From the NCBI RefSeq assembly GCF_003072485.1, contig NZ_CP025989.1, forward strand, positions 330,001 through 362,000: a DNA stretch of 32,000 nucleotides, written 5' to 3'. Source of the DNA: Candidatus Fokinia solitaria. Its GTDB lineage: Bacteria; Pseudomonadota; Alphaproteobacteria; Rickettsiales; Midichloriaceae. The notes below the pieces were generated by a model that was not told the origin of the DNA, made no database searches, and saw only the letters and a list, made by a program, of their open reading frames with translations. Shown piece by piece: positions 1 to 9,838 of this stretch (position 1 is the first letter of the stretch; each line of letters begins with the position of its first letter). Both the position numbers and the translations under genes were made by a program.

Positions 1-333
1 TATGAGATTCCAATTGTTTATGTACTGTAAATTCTCCATATAAAAGCTGTATAACTCATCTTTCTTCGTAGATTTCTGATATCGATTTATCAAAACAAGT
101 AAAGCGAATACTCTCTCTTCATTTATCTTAGATGAGAGAAAATAGTGTATCTCACTAATAGCGATCTGACTAAATGCAGTTGCAATTTTTCTTAGATTTG
201 GCATTGACACTCCAATAAATTGATCGTGTTCTGCATAATCTCCAACTCCAGTCTTAAATGCAAATGCTGCAAATGTAGGACTTCTTGTTATGTGATCGTG
301 AAAAGATTTTCTAATTTCTTGTATTATGTGCAT
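1..333 (-). CDS. DNA alkylation repair (AlkD-like) protein, partial: N-terminal part in window, C-terminus runs off the left edge
   Basis: Not in the supplied ORF track. Reverse-strand translation from ATG at 333 is open to base 1: MHIIQEIRKSFHDHITRSPTFAAFAFKTGVGDYAEHDQFIGVSMPNLRKIATAFSQIAISEIHYFLSSKINEERVFALLVLINRYQKSTKKDELYSFYMENLQYINNWNLI. The pattern QFIGVSMPNLRKIA...EERVFALLVLINRY...NNWNL is typical of the AlkD-like family. Confidence 0.8.
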   Translation of the reverse strand, partial: MHIIQEIRKSFHDHITRSPTFAAFAFKTGVGDYAEHDQFIGVSMPNLRKIATAFSQIAISEIHYFLSSKINEERVFALLVLINRYQKSTKKDELYSFYMENLQYINNWNLI

Positions 334-439
334 CAGCGAATGAATATTGTTTTTATGCTACTTAATTAAGAAGAATATAGCACTAATAGATATAAAAGTA
401 CTATTTGTCAAAGATAGTATCAAAGAAATGAATATCACT

Positions 440-1387
440 CTAATTATTAGTGATTTCTGATATTTTCCGAGAGATAGTTTTACTTATATCGAGTACTTTA
501 AAGTACTTTGGTAAATTTGTGTGAGCAATAGTCGATGTTGTGATAATTTCACATATTGTATGTATCTTATGCGATGCAAAAAGCATATTCTGAGAAAGTA
601 CTGCATGACTAATCATAGCTTTTATAGTTTTTGCGCCATACTTTATCAGAGTTTCTGCTGCGTTTATTACTGTCCATCCAGTATCTATAATATCATCTAC
701 AATGATGCAATTTTTATTTAATATTGCTTTTATATCAGATTGTTTGAGCGCTGTGCCGATGCTGCGATCTTTCTTCATGATAATATGTTCGCAATGCAAT
801 TTTTCCGCAATTTCTTTGCTTCTTTTTGCGCTTCCAAGATCTGGTGAAATTATTAAAGGATTATCGGCATTGCGAATATGTGAGGCGAATAGATCAGTAG
901 TATCGATATTATAAAATCTCATATCAAATGCTTCTCTTGCTTTAGCAGAGTGAATATCTACCGTTAATAAGCATTCAATGGCGCTTGCCTTGATAATTTT
1001 TGCAATTGTATTAATTGGAGATGTTACTGCATATTCGCATTGCAATTGTTTATCCTGACGGCAATATGCAATGTAAGGAATAATAGCAATTATTTTAGAT
1101 GCGCCGGCATTTTGAGCTGCATTCGCCAAAAGCAGTAATTCTATAATATCGTCGTTTACGTTGCGATGTATGGAGTGCACTATAATTGCTTTATTGCCAT
1201 ATAATGAGGTATGTAGTTGAATCGAAAATTCTCCATTGGAAAACCGTTGTACAGCAGCTTGAATGTATTCAGCATTTTGATAAAAGGCTATTTTCTGCGC
1301 TATTTTTTGCGAATTTGTACCTACTATAATTTTCAATTTCTGATATAATTTTTCGTGCATTGTATCATTGCGTGAAGAGAGCATCAA
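440..1387 (-). CDS. prs: ribose-phosphate pyrophosphokinase
   Basis: 315 aa; PRPP-binding motif CIIVDDIIDTGWTVINAAETL; PDLGSAKRSKEIAEKL; LLTVDIHS. Confidence 0.9.
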   Translation of the reverse strand: MMLSSRNDTMHEKLYQKLKIIVGTNSQKIAQKIAFYQNAEYIQAAVQRFSNGEFSIQLHTSLYGNKAIIVHSIHRNVNDDIIELLLLANAAQNAGASKIIAIIPYIAYCRQDKQLQCEYAVTSPINTIAKIIKASAIECLLTVDIHSAKAREAFDMRFYNIDTTDLFASHIRNADNPLIISPDLGSAKRSKEIAEKLHCEHIIMKKDRSIGTALKQSDIKAILNKNCIIVDDIIDTGWTVINAAETLIKYGAKTIKAMISHAVLSQNMLFASHKIHTICEIITTSTIAHTNLPKYFKVLDISKTISRKISEITNN

Positions 1388-1450
1388 TACGATTTATGCG
1401 CTTGCTTGAGATTGCGGTAACTCAATGTATTGGAGACTTACGTGTGTGTC

Positions 1451-1894
1451 TCATATTGCGAGATTTTGTATGAAAGACTCATCAAGCATTTCTTTCGCGA
1501 TAATCTCGAAAGATTCTCTGTCAATTTCTAAAAATCCGTAGCGGAAAACTGCGCCCCACGCGTCCTTATTTTTTATGAATGATAGAGAGTTAATGAGAGG
1601 CTTAATATCTGTGTGCTTTCCCTCAAAATACTTCACATTACGTCTATATGGTTGAAATTCTCCACCCATATCGAATTTATACGGCATATCATCGGTAATT
1701 ATGCCGATAGCGGTAAATTTTTGATAAACTTTACTCTCATGCATTTTTACTTTAGAAGAGTAGTATATTATAAAATCTCCTAACTTTGGTCGTTTCGCTG
1801 GCGCTAACTTACCATGGCAAAATTGGCATATGCCAAGTTTTACGCCATTTTCTACGTGTTCTTTTGAAGCGACTCCTATCCAAAACTTTGGCAT
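1451..1894 (-). CDS. EVE domain-containing protein (UPF0310-like)
   Basis: 147 aa; N-terminus FWIGVASKEHVENGVKLGICQFCHGKLAPAKRPKLGDFIIYYSSK is characteristic of the EVE/UPF0310 family. Confidence 0.85.
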   Translation of the reverse strand: MPKFWIGVASKEHVENGVKLGICQFCHGKLAPAKRPKLGDFIIYYSSKVKMHESKVYQKFTAIGIITDDMPYKFDMGGEFQPYRRNVKYFEGKHTDIKPLINSLSFIKNKDAWGAVFRYGFLEIDRESFEIIAKEMLDESFIQNLAI

Positions 1895-2122
1895 ATATTA
1901 GAGTATTAAGAAAACGGCAGTATAGTGAGTGAAAATCGTATTGTAAAATCTTTGCTTAACGCTTTTAGCAAAATATAAATTTTTCTCTTGAAAGATTTTT
2001 TAATTTACGAAGTTGTAGTGTGGCATAAGCGTACTTTATTAATTCTCTTGTAACATGGTAATATTTTCGATCCGTCAATTTGCTATACACATTGCAATGT
2101 CATTCATTTCGATGTAAATATA

Positions 2123-3103
2123 ATGCAAAACAAAGTACGCAACGCTATGGAAAAGAGATGGGCTTTTGAAGAAGCGGAAGCACTCTTTGCACTTCCGTTT
2201 AATCAGCTTATTTATGATGCACAAACAGTGCATAGACAGTATTTTTCTCCAAATGTTATTCAAATTAGTACGCTTTTGAGTATAAAAACTGGTGGCTGCA
2301 CTGAAGATTGTAAATATTGTCCGCAGTCGATGCATTATAATACTGGAGTAGAGAAGGGGCACTTGTTGAAGGTAAGCGATGTTGTAGAGGAAGCAAAAGA
2401 AGCAAAGAAGAAGGGTGCTAGTAGATTTTGTATGGGCGCTGCATGGAGAAGCTTACGAGATAAAGAAATGCCTGCAATCTGTGAGATGATAAGGGAAGTA
2501 AAAAAATTGGAGTTAGAAGTTTGTATGACATTAGGCCTGCTTAAGGAAGAGCAAGCGCTGCAATTGAAGGAAGCAGGGTTAGATTTCTATAATCACAATA
2601 TTGATACATCTGAAGAATTTTACGATAAAATTATCACAACAAGAGATTTTCAGAGTAGATTGAATACAATTGAATGTGTACGTAAGGCTGGTATCAAGAT
2701 TTGTTGCGGCGGCATTATAGGAATGGGCGAATCAAATGATGATCGCGTGAAGATGTTAGTTGTTTTAGCTAATTTTGATCAGCCACCTGAATCAGTGCCA
2801 ATAAATAAATTAATCAGAATTCCAGGCACACCTTTGGAGAATCAAAAGGAAGTAGATCCTTTTGATTTCGTAAGAACAATCGCGCTTGCGAGGATTATGA
2901 TGCCGAAGTCGTATGTTAGGCTATCTGCTGGTCGCGAGCAAATGTCGGATGAAATGCAAGCTTTATGCTTTCTTGCTGGTGCGAATTCTATTTTTTATGG
3001 TGAGAAGCTTTTGACTTCTGAGAATCCTACAATGCAGAGAGATGACGCTTTACTGCAGCGTTTAGGCCTTCGAAGCGCCGCAAGTAGTGTAATACATAAC
3101 TAA
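2123..3103 (+). CDS. bioB: biotin synthase (radical SAM)
   Basis: 326 aa; [11 protein letters not shown] radical SAM CxxxCxxC motif, [34 protein letters not shown]. Confidence 0.97.
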   Translation: MQNKVRNAMEKRWAFEEAEALFALPFNQLIYDAQTVHRQYFSPNVIQISTLLSIKTGGCTEDCKYCPQSMHYNTGVEKGHLLKVSDVVEEAKEAKKKGASRFCMGAAWRSLRDKEMPAICEMIREVKKLELEVCMTLGLLKEEQALQLKEAGLDFYNHNIDTSEEFYDKIITTRDFQSRLNTIECVRKAGIKICCGGIIGMGESNDDRVKMLVVLANFDQPPESVPINKLIRIPGTPLENQKEVDPFDFVRTIALARIMMPKSYVRLSAGREQMSDEMQALCFLAGANSIFYGEKLLTSENPTMQRDDALLQRLGLRSAASSVIHN

Positions 3104-3145
3104 GTCTTCTTCCATTTAATTGCAAAAGAAGTATCAGAGTGAATG

Positions 3146-3176
3146 AAACTCATACAACTGTTTTGTGTTGAGTTTT
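3146..3176. terminator. possible bidirectional hairpin between convergent bioB and bioA
   Basis: AAACTCA (3146-3152) and TGAGTTT (3169-3175) inverted arms, A-rich and T-rich edges, in the convergent intergenic gap. Confidence 0.3.
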
Positions 3177-3206
3177 GTAAAACTATTCTCGAAGAGGCGA
3201 TATAAA

Positions 3207-4502
3207 TTATCTGAATGAGTTAAGTACCTCACCAATCTTATCATAGGCATTTTCCAATTCTTTTTTCGATATACAGTATGGAGGTAGCAAATAAATTGTA
3301 TTTGAGAGTGGTCTTAGCAACAATCCTTCGCTGAGAAGTTTTGCGCTTATTGTAGGTACTAAATCTTTCGGTACTTTAACATCGAAAGCGGAAATTGTGC
3401 CTATGATTCGAGGTTTTTCTATCAATGCACATTGTTTTTTTAGAAATTTTATACCAGCATGATGTGTATCGTTGATATTTTGAATTGCTGCTTTGCATTC
3501 AGCTTTCATTAGTAAGTTGAACGATGCAATTGCTGCGCTACATGCTAGAGGATTAGCGGTATACGAATGACCATGCGCGAACGCTGTACTGAAATCATCT
3601 CCAAGAAATGCTTCGTATATGTTATCTCCAGTAATTGTCAAAGCAAGTGGAAGAAAACCTCCAGTAATCCCTTTTGAAAGGCATAGAAAATCCGGAGTGA
3701 TATCAGAAAGTTTTTCGAATGCGAAATGTGTCCCAGTTCTACCAAAGCCTGTCATCACCTCATCGAAGATGATTAGTATTTCGTTCTCACGTACTAGCTT
3801 TATGATATTTTGTAAAAATTCTACTCTACATACTCTCATACCACCTGCGCCTTGAATAAGTGGCTCCAATACAATAGCTGCAATTTTTCCTTTATATTGC
3901 TTTAAGTACTTCTGTAGCACTTTGATAGCTTGCGTTTCTTTTGCTTCAATTTCTCGATCATCGTCCCACGTATCGGCGTATGGTATAGCCAAAACTTTGA
4001 AAAACAGATCTTTAAATTGATCGTGAAAGCCGGATTTTTTTCCTACTGACATTGCGCCGAATGTATCACCGTGATATCCACCTTCAAAGCTGAGAAATAT
4101 ACTTTTGTCTCTATATCCTAAATTACGCCAGTACTGATAAGCCATCTTAATCGCAACCTCAACGGAAGTAGAGCCGTTATCTGAGAAAAAGAATTTTGCT
4201 AGTTTTAAAGGTAGTATTGTACGTAAGGATTTGCATAAATTAATTGCAGTTTCATGAGTGAAGCCTGCAAAAATAACGTGTTCTAAAGTTTTTGCTTGCT
4301 TGTATATACTATTTGCTATTTCCGCATTTGCATGACCATGAATGTTAACCCACCAGCTTGAAATGAGATCTAAGTAAGCTTTATCGTTTTGATCATAGAT
4401 ATAAGCACCTAAAGCTTTCTTAGCGCAAATTATATTTTTCGCTGTTCTTTCTTGCGTAAACGGATGCCATATCATTTCTTTATCAAGGTTGGAAAATATC
4501 AT
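3207..4502 (-). CDS. bioA: adenosylmethionine-8-amino-7-oxononanoate aminotransferase
   Basis: 431 aa; IWHPFTQERTA, FSDNGSTSVEVAIKMAYQYW, IFDEVMTGFGRTGTHFAFE, CLSKGITGGFLPLA. Confidence 0.95.
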   Translation of the reverse strand: MIFSNLDKEMIWHPFTQERTAKNIICAKKALGAYIYDQNDKAYLDLISSWWVNIHGHANAEIANSIYKQAKTLEHVIFAGFTHETAINLCKSLRTILPLKLAKFFFSDNGSTSVEVAIKMAYQYWRNLGYRDKSIFLSFEGGYHGDTFGAMSVGKKSGFHDQFKDLFFKVLAIPYADTWDDDREIEAKETQAIKVLQKYLKQYKGKIAAIVLEPLIQGAGGMRVCRVEFLQNIIKLVRENEILIIFDEVMTGFGRTGTHFAFEKLSDITPDFLCLSKGITGGFLPLALTITGDNIYEAFLGDDFSTAFAHGHSYTANPLACSAAIASFNLLMKAECKAAIQNINDTHHAGIKFLKKQCALIEKPRIIGTISAFDVKVPKDLVPTISAKLLSEGLLLRPLSNTIYLLPPYCISKKELENAYDKIGEVLNSFR

Positions 4503-5119
4503 TGTGTATCTCTCAAAATTTTTACTAATCTTTCCGGAAGTGGAATATCTTTTAAAGTATTATAGCTAATTTTACTCAAGTATGGAAATTGCGCTATCAC
4601 TTGAGTCTTGCCATAAAATTCTATTGCTTCCATGTTTTCATTTTTATCTTCACCATTCATAATCACTCCAAGAATATCAATCTTTCTCGTTCTTAATGCC
4701 TCTATACAAAGTAAAGTATGATTGATAGTACCAAGTTTTGCACTTGTAACTATAATTACTGAGATATTTAGTTTTTTTATCAGATCGATCATGAGATACT
4801 CATCGTTGATTGGTACAAGTAATCCTCCTGCGCCTTCAACGATTAAATTCTCCTCTTGTGGTAAAATTATTTTATCAATATCAATGCGCTCATTTTCAAG
4901 TTTAGCAGCAAGATGTGGAGATAAAGCTTTTTTATACACAAATTTTTCTTGATGTATTTTACCTTGAGAGAGATTCTTTACAGTCATAGAATCTGTATTA
5001 CCCTCGCTTATTCCTGTCTGTATAGGCTTGAAGTATGTAGCATCCATATGCAAAGTAAGCCAAGATGAAATTACCGTCTTTCCTATGTCGGTATCTGTGC
5101 CGCATATAAATACTTTCAT
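4499..5119 (-). CDS. bioD: dethiobiotin synthetase
   Basis: 206 aa; FICGTDTDIGKTVIS P-loop, FKPIQTG, VEGAGGLLVPI; 4-nt overlap with bioA. Confidence 0.95.
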   Translation of the reverse strand: MKVFICGTDTDIGKTVISSWLTLHMDATYFKPIQTGISEGNTDSMTVKNLSQGKIHQEKFVYKKALSPHLAAKLENERIDIDKIILPQEENLIVEGAGGLLVPINDEYLMIDLIKKLNISVIIVTSAKLGTINHTLLCIEALRTRKIDILGVIMNGEDKNENMEAIEFYGKTQVIAQFPYLSKISYNTLKDIPLPERLVKILRDTQ

Positions 5120-5871
5120 GTTATATTTTTTTTAAAGATTCCGAAAAATATCTTATAAGAGATGATAAGAGGGCGCTTTTGTTCGCGTATTAATGTTCTT
5201 AGTATGCGAAACGGTATTTGCCTGTGTGATGCTGAAGCACCTAATGCTTTAAGGTATCTAATAAATGATAGTACAGTATCAAACTTTATAGTTCTATTCA
5301 TGGTCCAGTATTGGAAACAGCAATGTCCTTTGATTGTATTGCAATATTCTGCAAGCGCTGTTTCTTTAGGGTAATTTTGAAGTACGGTATCGGTGTATAT
5401 GTTAATAATATTCTGCCATTCTCGAAATGTACCATCTAGTAATGTGGAAAATGCAAATATTTGAGAACTATTCAAATACAATGTTTGGATAGTTTTTTGT
5501 AAATCTTCTACCCATTGCAAAGCGAAATTACTTACTATCAGATCGTGCATATCGATATCTAATTCTGCCATATCACCTTGTATAAAGGTGCAATTCGGAT
5601 TTTTAATGAATTTTAGCCTGCATATATCAAGCATTCTTTCAGCGATGTCATTTAATGTGTAATGGCTTTGAGGATATACTTTCATTAATGATTCAGTCAT
5701 ATAGCCAGTACCAGTACCTAAATCTAAAACTGTTTTAGGAGTAAAATTCTGAATTTTTGATAATTTTTTTATTAGAAAATTTCCCGCTTTTCGCTGAATT
5801 ATGGCAACTAAATCATATGTTTTATCTGCGCTGTTGAAGCGCTCTTGCACTTTACCAGAGATAGAAGCCAT
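5116..5871 (-). CDS. bioC: malonyl-ACP O-methyltransferase (SAM-dependent)
   Basis: 251 aa; VLDLGTGTGYMTESL SAM-binding motif, DLIVSNFALQWVED, FSTLLDGTFREWQ; embedded in the biotin operon. Confidence 0.85.
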   Translation of the reverse strand: MASISGKVQERFNSADKTYDLVAIIQRKAGNFLIKKLSKIQNFTPKTVLDLGTGTGYMTESLMKVYPQSHYTLNDIAERMLDICRLKFIKNPNCTFIQGDMAELDIDMHDLIVSNFALQWVEDLQKTIQTLYLNSSQIFAFSTLLDGTFREWQNIINIYTDTVLQNYPKETALAEYCNTIKGHCCFQYWTMNRTIKFDTVLSFIRYLKALGASASHRQIPFRILRTLIREQKRPLIISYKIFFGIFKKNIT

Positions 5872-6502
5872 CTAGAAATTTCATAATTTTTTCATAAACA
5901 GCTAATGGACTAGCGAGTCCAAGTATGTGTTCACCGTTATCTATCACATCTAATTTTATATTTGTGTTACTGAAATTATCATGTATAACTTGCGGCGGTA
6001 CCACCATATCATTATCCGATGCTAGAACAAGTGTAGGAACGGATGGTAGCACTATTGTACTGCGTAGTAAGTTTAGTTCAGTGCACATTAGATCGGAATT
6101 TAAATCTTCTTTATTAGGGCATTTGATCAATAATGAAGTGCTACATCTGCTATAAAAAAGATCTAATGCAATCATAGGATCAGTTCTAAATTTATTTTCC
6201 AACATCTTTAATTCTTTTTCCCTTTCTCTTCGTAATATAGGATGAAATCCTAGAAAATTTCTAAAACCGTTCAAAGCGATTAGGCGTTCAAAGTTTTTAT
6301 GTAACTCAAGTAGTTTCAATAATCCTAGAGAATGTCCTATACCTATGATTTTTTCATCATGAGGTATGTTGAAATGTGAAGGCCTTCTAAAATATCCTAA
6401 ATCTATAAAAGTGCATTTTTCTTTACTAAAACATGGTGCAATCTTATCCCAAAAACTTGCATCAAATCCGAAGCCATGACAGAAGACAAAATGGTAACTC
6501 AT
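5852..6502 (-). CDS. alpha/beta hydrolase in biotin operon; candidate pimeloyl-ACP methyl ester esterase (BioH/BioG-like)
   Basis: 216 aa; FCHGFGFDASFWDKI, GIGHSLG nucleophile elbow, LVLASDNDMVVP (Asp), NGEHILG (His); located between bioF and bioC with overlapping ends. Confidence 0.75.
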   Translation of the reverse strand: MSYHFVFCHGFGFDASFWDKIAPCFSKEKCTFIDLGYFRRPSHFNIPHDEKIIGIGHSLGLLKLLELHKNFERLIALNGFRNFLGFHPILRREREKELKMLENKFRTDPMIALDLFYSRCSTSLLIKCPNKEDLNSDLMCTELNLLRSTIVLPSVPTLVLASDNDMVVPPQVIHDNFSNTNIKLDVIDNGEHILGLASPLAVYEKIMKFLDGFYLW

Positions 6503-7653
6503 TGTATTATTTCTCTTAAGTAGTTTACTAACCTTTCTATATCTTGCAGTTGATGCTTCGATGTCAGTGCTATTCTTATACGAGAAGAATTATGCGGCAC
6601 TGTAGGAGGTCTTATACAGGATACTGTAATTTCTCGTTTCATCAATGCATCTTTGATTTGTAAGCAGATTTTTTCTTCTTTGAAAATAATAGGAACAATG
6701 TGAGTGGCAGATGTGCCAATATCAAATCCAAATTCTTGAAGTTTTGTACGTAATATAGTGCCGAGAGTTTGCAAATGAGTGCGTTCATTTTGTAAAGACT
6801 TCACCATTGTCCAAGCTTTTGAAGCAGAACCAATAATGTGCGGTGAAGGCGCGGTAGAGTATACAAAACCAGTTGCTTTGTTTATGAGAAAATCAATGAT
6901 CGTTTTATTACTTGCGATGTAGCCTCCGCTACTTCCTATTGCTTTACTCAATGTACCCATTATAACATGAGGAATATTATGTAATTGCACTGTAGTAGAG
7001 AGCCCATATCCATTTTTGCCGAATAAGCCAGTTGCATGCGCTTCGTCCAGATATAAGAATGCTTGATGCTTCGTCGCAAGTGCTGCTATTTCTTTTAAAG
7101 GCGCTATATCGCCGTCCATGCCGAAAAGCGTTTCTGTTACGATGAACTTCGGTCTTGAATCATTTTTGTAACTTTCCATAAGCGACTTTAAGTGTTCAAC
7201 GTCGTTATGATGATATCTGCATAACTCTGCTTTACTAAGAAATACTGCTTGATAAAGACTTGAATGATTCAGTTTATCAAAGAAAACTATCGCTTTTCCT
7301 CGTAAAACTTTTTCGTCGAGTAAACATGATAATGTGCTTATATTCGCTTGAAAACCTGAACTAAAAAGCAAACAGGATTCTGTATTTTTATCTCTTGCGA
7401 TGATTTTTTCAAATTCTTCGTATAACGGTAAGTTGCCAGATAATAACCTTGAACCAGTTGCGCCTACGCCGTATTTTCGAGCGCTGATTATAGCCGCTTC
7501 TATAACTTCACTGTTCTGACTTAGATTGAGATAGTCGTTTGTCGAGAAGTCCAGGAAATTAGTATGTTTCTCTTGTATATCTCGTGTATTTAAGATTCTG
7601 TAACGATTATCATTGCGTAAAGTTAGTAGATATTCTTCGTATGATTTATACAT
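6499..7653 (-). CDS. bioF: 8-amino-7-oxononanoate synthase
   Basis: 384 aa; DFSTNDYLNLSQN, GATGSRLLSGN, FLDEAHATGLFGKNGYG, MGTLSKAIGSSGGYI PLP-Lys motif. Confidence 0.95.
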   Translation of the reverse strand: MYKSYEEYLLTLRNDNRYRILNTRDIQEKHTNFLDFSTNDYLNLSQNSEVIEAAIISARKYGVGATGSRLLSGNLPLYEEFEKIIARDKNTESCLLFSSGFQANISTLSCLLDEKVLRGKAIVFFDKLNHSSLYQAVFLSKAELCRYHHNDVEHLKSLMESYKNDSRPKFIVTETLFGMDGDIAPLKEIAALATKHQAFLYLDEAHATGLFGKNGYGLSTTVQLHNIPHVIMGTLSKAIGSSGGYIASNKTIIDFLINKATGFVYSTAPSPHIIGSASKAWTMVKSLQNERTHLQTLGTILRTKLQEFGFDIGTSATHIVPIIFKEEKICLQIKDALMKREITVSCIRPPTVPHNSSRIRIALTSKHQLQDIERLVNYLREIIQ

Positions 7654-7962
7654 TTTTAAGATGTTCTTAACTGAGCGAGAATAATTTTATGTTGCGGATA
7701 TTCAAATGAAGGGAACGATATGCGATTCTGAGGTATTTTGAATATAGGAACTACTGTAATGTATTAGAGAAAGAGATTATTACAAGCAATATAACCACAT
7801 TTGAGAGAAGAAATGATATAAGTAGTGATTATTTTATGATGGATCCTTGAATTTTCTGTAAAGAAAAAAAATCGTACTAAGCTATTAGTATTAATGTACT
7901 AGCTTTTACATAAAGCACAAGTTATTTTGAGAGAGTTTTATAAGAGAAATTAGCATGCTGTT

Positions 7963-9618
7963 ATGAGTAAAGAGAAGCAAGAAAAACATAAATTTACTGT
8001 GAAGTTACTTAAAGAAAAAAAGATAGCGAGAGATGCGGTAAAAGAAGCAAAATGCGAAGAATTGAAAGGCGAGACAAAAGAAAAATGTGAAAAATCTGAA
8101 GGGAGCTTCATATTCTATAAACGTAATTCAGATGAGAGCAACTTTGGTAAAAAACCTTGGTGGATTGACTATTTTGCTCTTGATAAAACGAAGTTTAAAC
8201 GTAATTTTGTCGAATCTTTATTAGTATTTGTCACGGTAAAAGATAAAGAAAAAGAAAGAATTTTTGCATATACGTTCGGTGTAGCTCGTTATTGGTTAAG
8301 GGAAGAATGTATAGAAAGCGATTTTGGATATAAAGTTGCTTTAAATACGATAGATCCTACAAAGATAAAAAGTGTAGATGCTCGTAGCCTAGAAGGTAAT
8401 GCAAAGGATAAAAGAGTAGTATTTAGCAAAGGTATGGATATAGAAGAGTATGATTGTAACAAATTTCTAGATTTTATTCATAGGATATCAGGAAAAGTTA
8501 AAGAGCAGTATAAGCATCTGTTCGATTCTGTGGCTGGATCAGAGAGCTTGATGATAACAGCTACAAAATCGAAAGATGAATTGATTGCACTTTCAAAAGA
8601 GCTTTTAGAGAGATTTGAGTCAGATGATTACAAAAATGATGATTCTTTGAAAGAAATAAATATGACTTACTCAGTTGCTGATATAGAAGTGACTGAAAGA
8701 CTTGATGAAGAATTGGGGAAATTACTCAAAAAAAGAGACTATAGTACAATGTCTTTCTCTGATGTAAAAATTCTTGATCCTGATATTTTTGAGTACTACT
8801 TATTTAATGGAAAGAAATATTATGATATGGAGGAGATTTTTGATGCATGGCGTGACATGCACGGATCGGTAGATTTTAGCTCAGCAGACGTGCTCGGTAA
8901 AGAGTTGCGAAAAACAATAACAGTATATACGAATGATGATAAAGAGCTTGACTCATGGAAGGTAAAACAATGTCTGAATGCTGATAATATTAAATTTGAT
9001 GACAATGAGTATATGTTCTTACGAAAGAAGTGGTATAAAGTAGATCGAGATTTTCTGTCGTATGTAGAAAAGGAAGTAAAAGAATATGAAATAAATGATG
9101 AGTGGATTAGAAACATTTTTGTAGATTATGACTCAGAAAAATATCAAAAGAAAGGTCAAGGACCTTTTGGAGAGCAGGAGTACAATATCGATTGCTGTAA
9201 TGCTAATTCAGAGCAGTTAGTATTATTCGACCGCAAGATGGTGCAATCCGAAAATCATGGCAAGATAGAGATCTGTGATGTTTATTGTAAGAGTACTAAA
9301 ACGTTTTTTCATATTAAGAAAGGAGAAAAAACAGCTCTAATGAGTCATTTATGGATTCAAGGACTTACATCTGCTTTCTGCTTGAATGCGGAAGATAAAA
9401 GGTATGTTAGTAAATTTAAGGAATGTACGAAGCTTTCTTCTTTTCCTTCACAATCTGAAATAAAGATATGTTATGCTATTATCAGTCATAAAAAAGCATT
9501 AGCTACACTCTCTAATTTTTCACTATATGCAGCAATTGGAAAATTTAAGGAGGCGGGTTTTAAAAAGGAGCAGGTAAAATATTTTTTCATTAATGAGATT
9601 AAAGCAAAAAAAAACTAA
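7963..9618 (+). CDS. TIGR04141/DUF6119-like sporadically distributed protein; accessory, possible nuclease-like
   Basis: 551 aa; recalled family hallmarks: FGYKVALNTIDPTKIKSVDARSL (FGLRVALN.IDP..IRS.D.R pattern), KWYKVDRDFLSYVE, EQEYN, LVLFDRKMV, IEICDVYCKSTKTFFHIKKGEKTALMSHLWIQGLTSAFCL. Assignment by remembered motif pattern, not by search. Confidence 0.7.
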   Translation: MSKEKQEKHKFTVKLLKEKKIARDAVKEAKCEELKGETKEKCEKSEGSFIFYKRNSDESNFGKKPWWIDYFALDKTKFKRNFVESLLVFVTVKDKEKERIFAYTFGVARYWLREECIESDFGYKVALNTIDPTKIKSVDARSLEGNAKDKRVVFSKGMDIEEYDCNKFLDFIHRISGKVKEQYKHLFDSVAGSESLMITATKSKDELIALSKELLERFESDDYKNDDSLKEINMTYSVADIEVTERLDEELGKLLKKRDYSTMSFSDVKILDPDIFEYYLFNGKKYYDMEEIFDAWRDMHGSVDFSSADVLGKELRKTITVYTNDDKELDSWKVKQCLNADNIKFDDNEYMFLRKKWYKVDRDFLSYVEKEVKEYEINDEWIRNIFVDYDSEKYQKKGQGPFGEQEYNIDCCNANSEQLVLFDRKMVQSENHGKIEICDVYCKSTKTFFHIKKGEKTALMSHLWIQGLTSAFCLNAEDKRYVSKFKECTKLSSFPSQSEIKICYAIISHKKALATLSNFSLYAAIGKFKEAGFKKEQVKYFFINEIKAKKN

Positions 9619-9697
9619 GCAATTGCCAGTGAATGTTTGAGAGGAAATATGTCAGAATGCTCAGATGCGCAAGAAGTGATGATGTAAATAGGTAGGT

Positions 9698-9724
9698 ATC
9701 AGCGACACACCGGTGGATGCTGAT
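9698..9724. repeat. short inverted repeat in accessory intergenic region
   Basis: ATCAGC-gacaCACCGGTGgat-GCTGAT: outer arms ATCAGC/GCTGAT enclose palindromic CACCGGTG. Confidence 0.5.
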
Positions 9725-9814
9725 GGACGGAGTTGATGAATCTAGAAAACAATTTTGATACTTTGTTGTTATGTTAGTTTTTTGAAATATCAAGATTTTC
9801 TCATCAAATATGTC

Positions 9815-9838
9815 AGGAAACATGTAAGGAAACATGTC
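9815..9838. repeat. two tandem 12-bp repeats containing ACATGT palindromes, upstream of the SIR2-like gene
   Basis: AGGAAACATGTA AGGAAACATGTC; related sequence aggaaatatgtcagaatg near 9642 and aaaatgtca directly after. Confidence 0.5.

Noticed and set aside
521-914. Plus-strand ORFs 521-721 and 702-914
   Set aside because: Opposite strand of prs, low-complexity translations, no recognisable domain.
2075-2362. Minus-strand ORF 2075-2362 and similar shadow ORFs (3619, 4722, 5162, 5925, 8820, 12119, 14070, 17972, 19565, 19957, 21043, 21607, 22585, 27284, 27896, 28457, 30273)
   Set aside because: All overlap strongly supported genes on the opposite strand and lack family features.
7654-7962. 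Possible att site or duplicated tRNA-Ser 3' end at the left border of the island
   Set aside because: I looked for the GGTTCGAATCC/TTTCTCCGCCA sequence on both strands and found no match.
9599-9835. Minus-strand ORF 9599-9835 (78 aa) as a real gene
   Set aside because: Low-complexity hydrophobic translation in a noncoding gap; no motif or supporting context.
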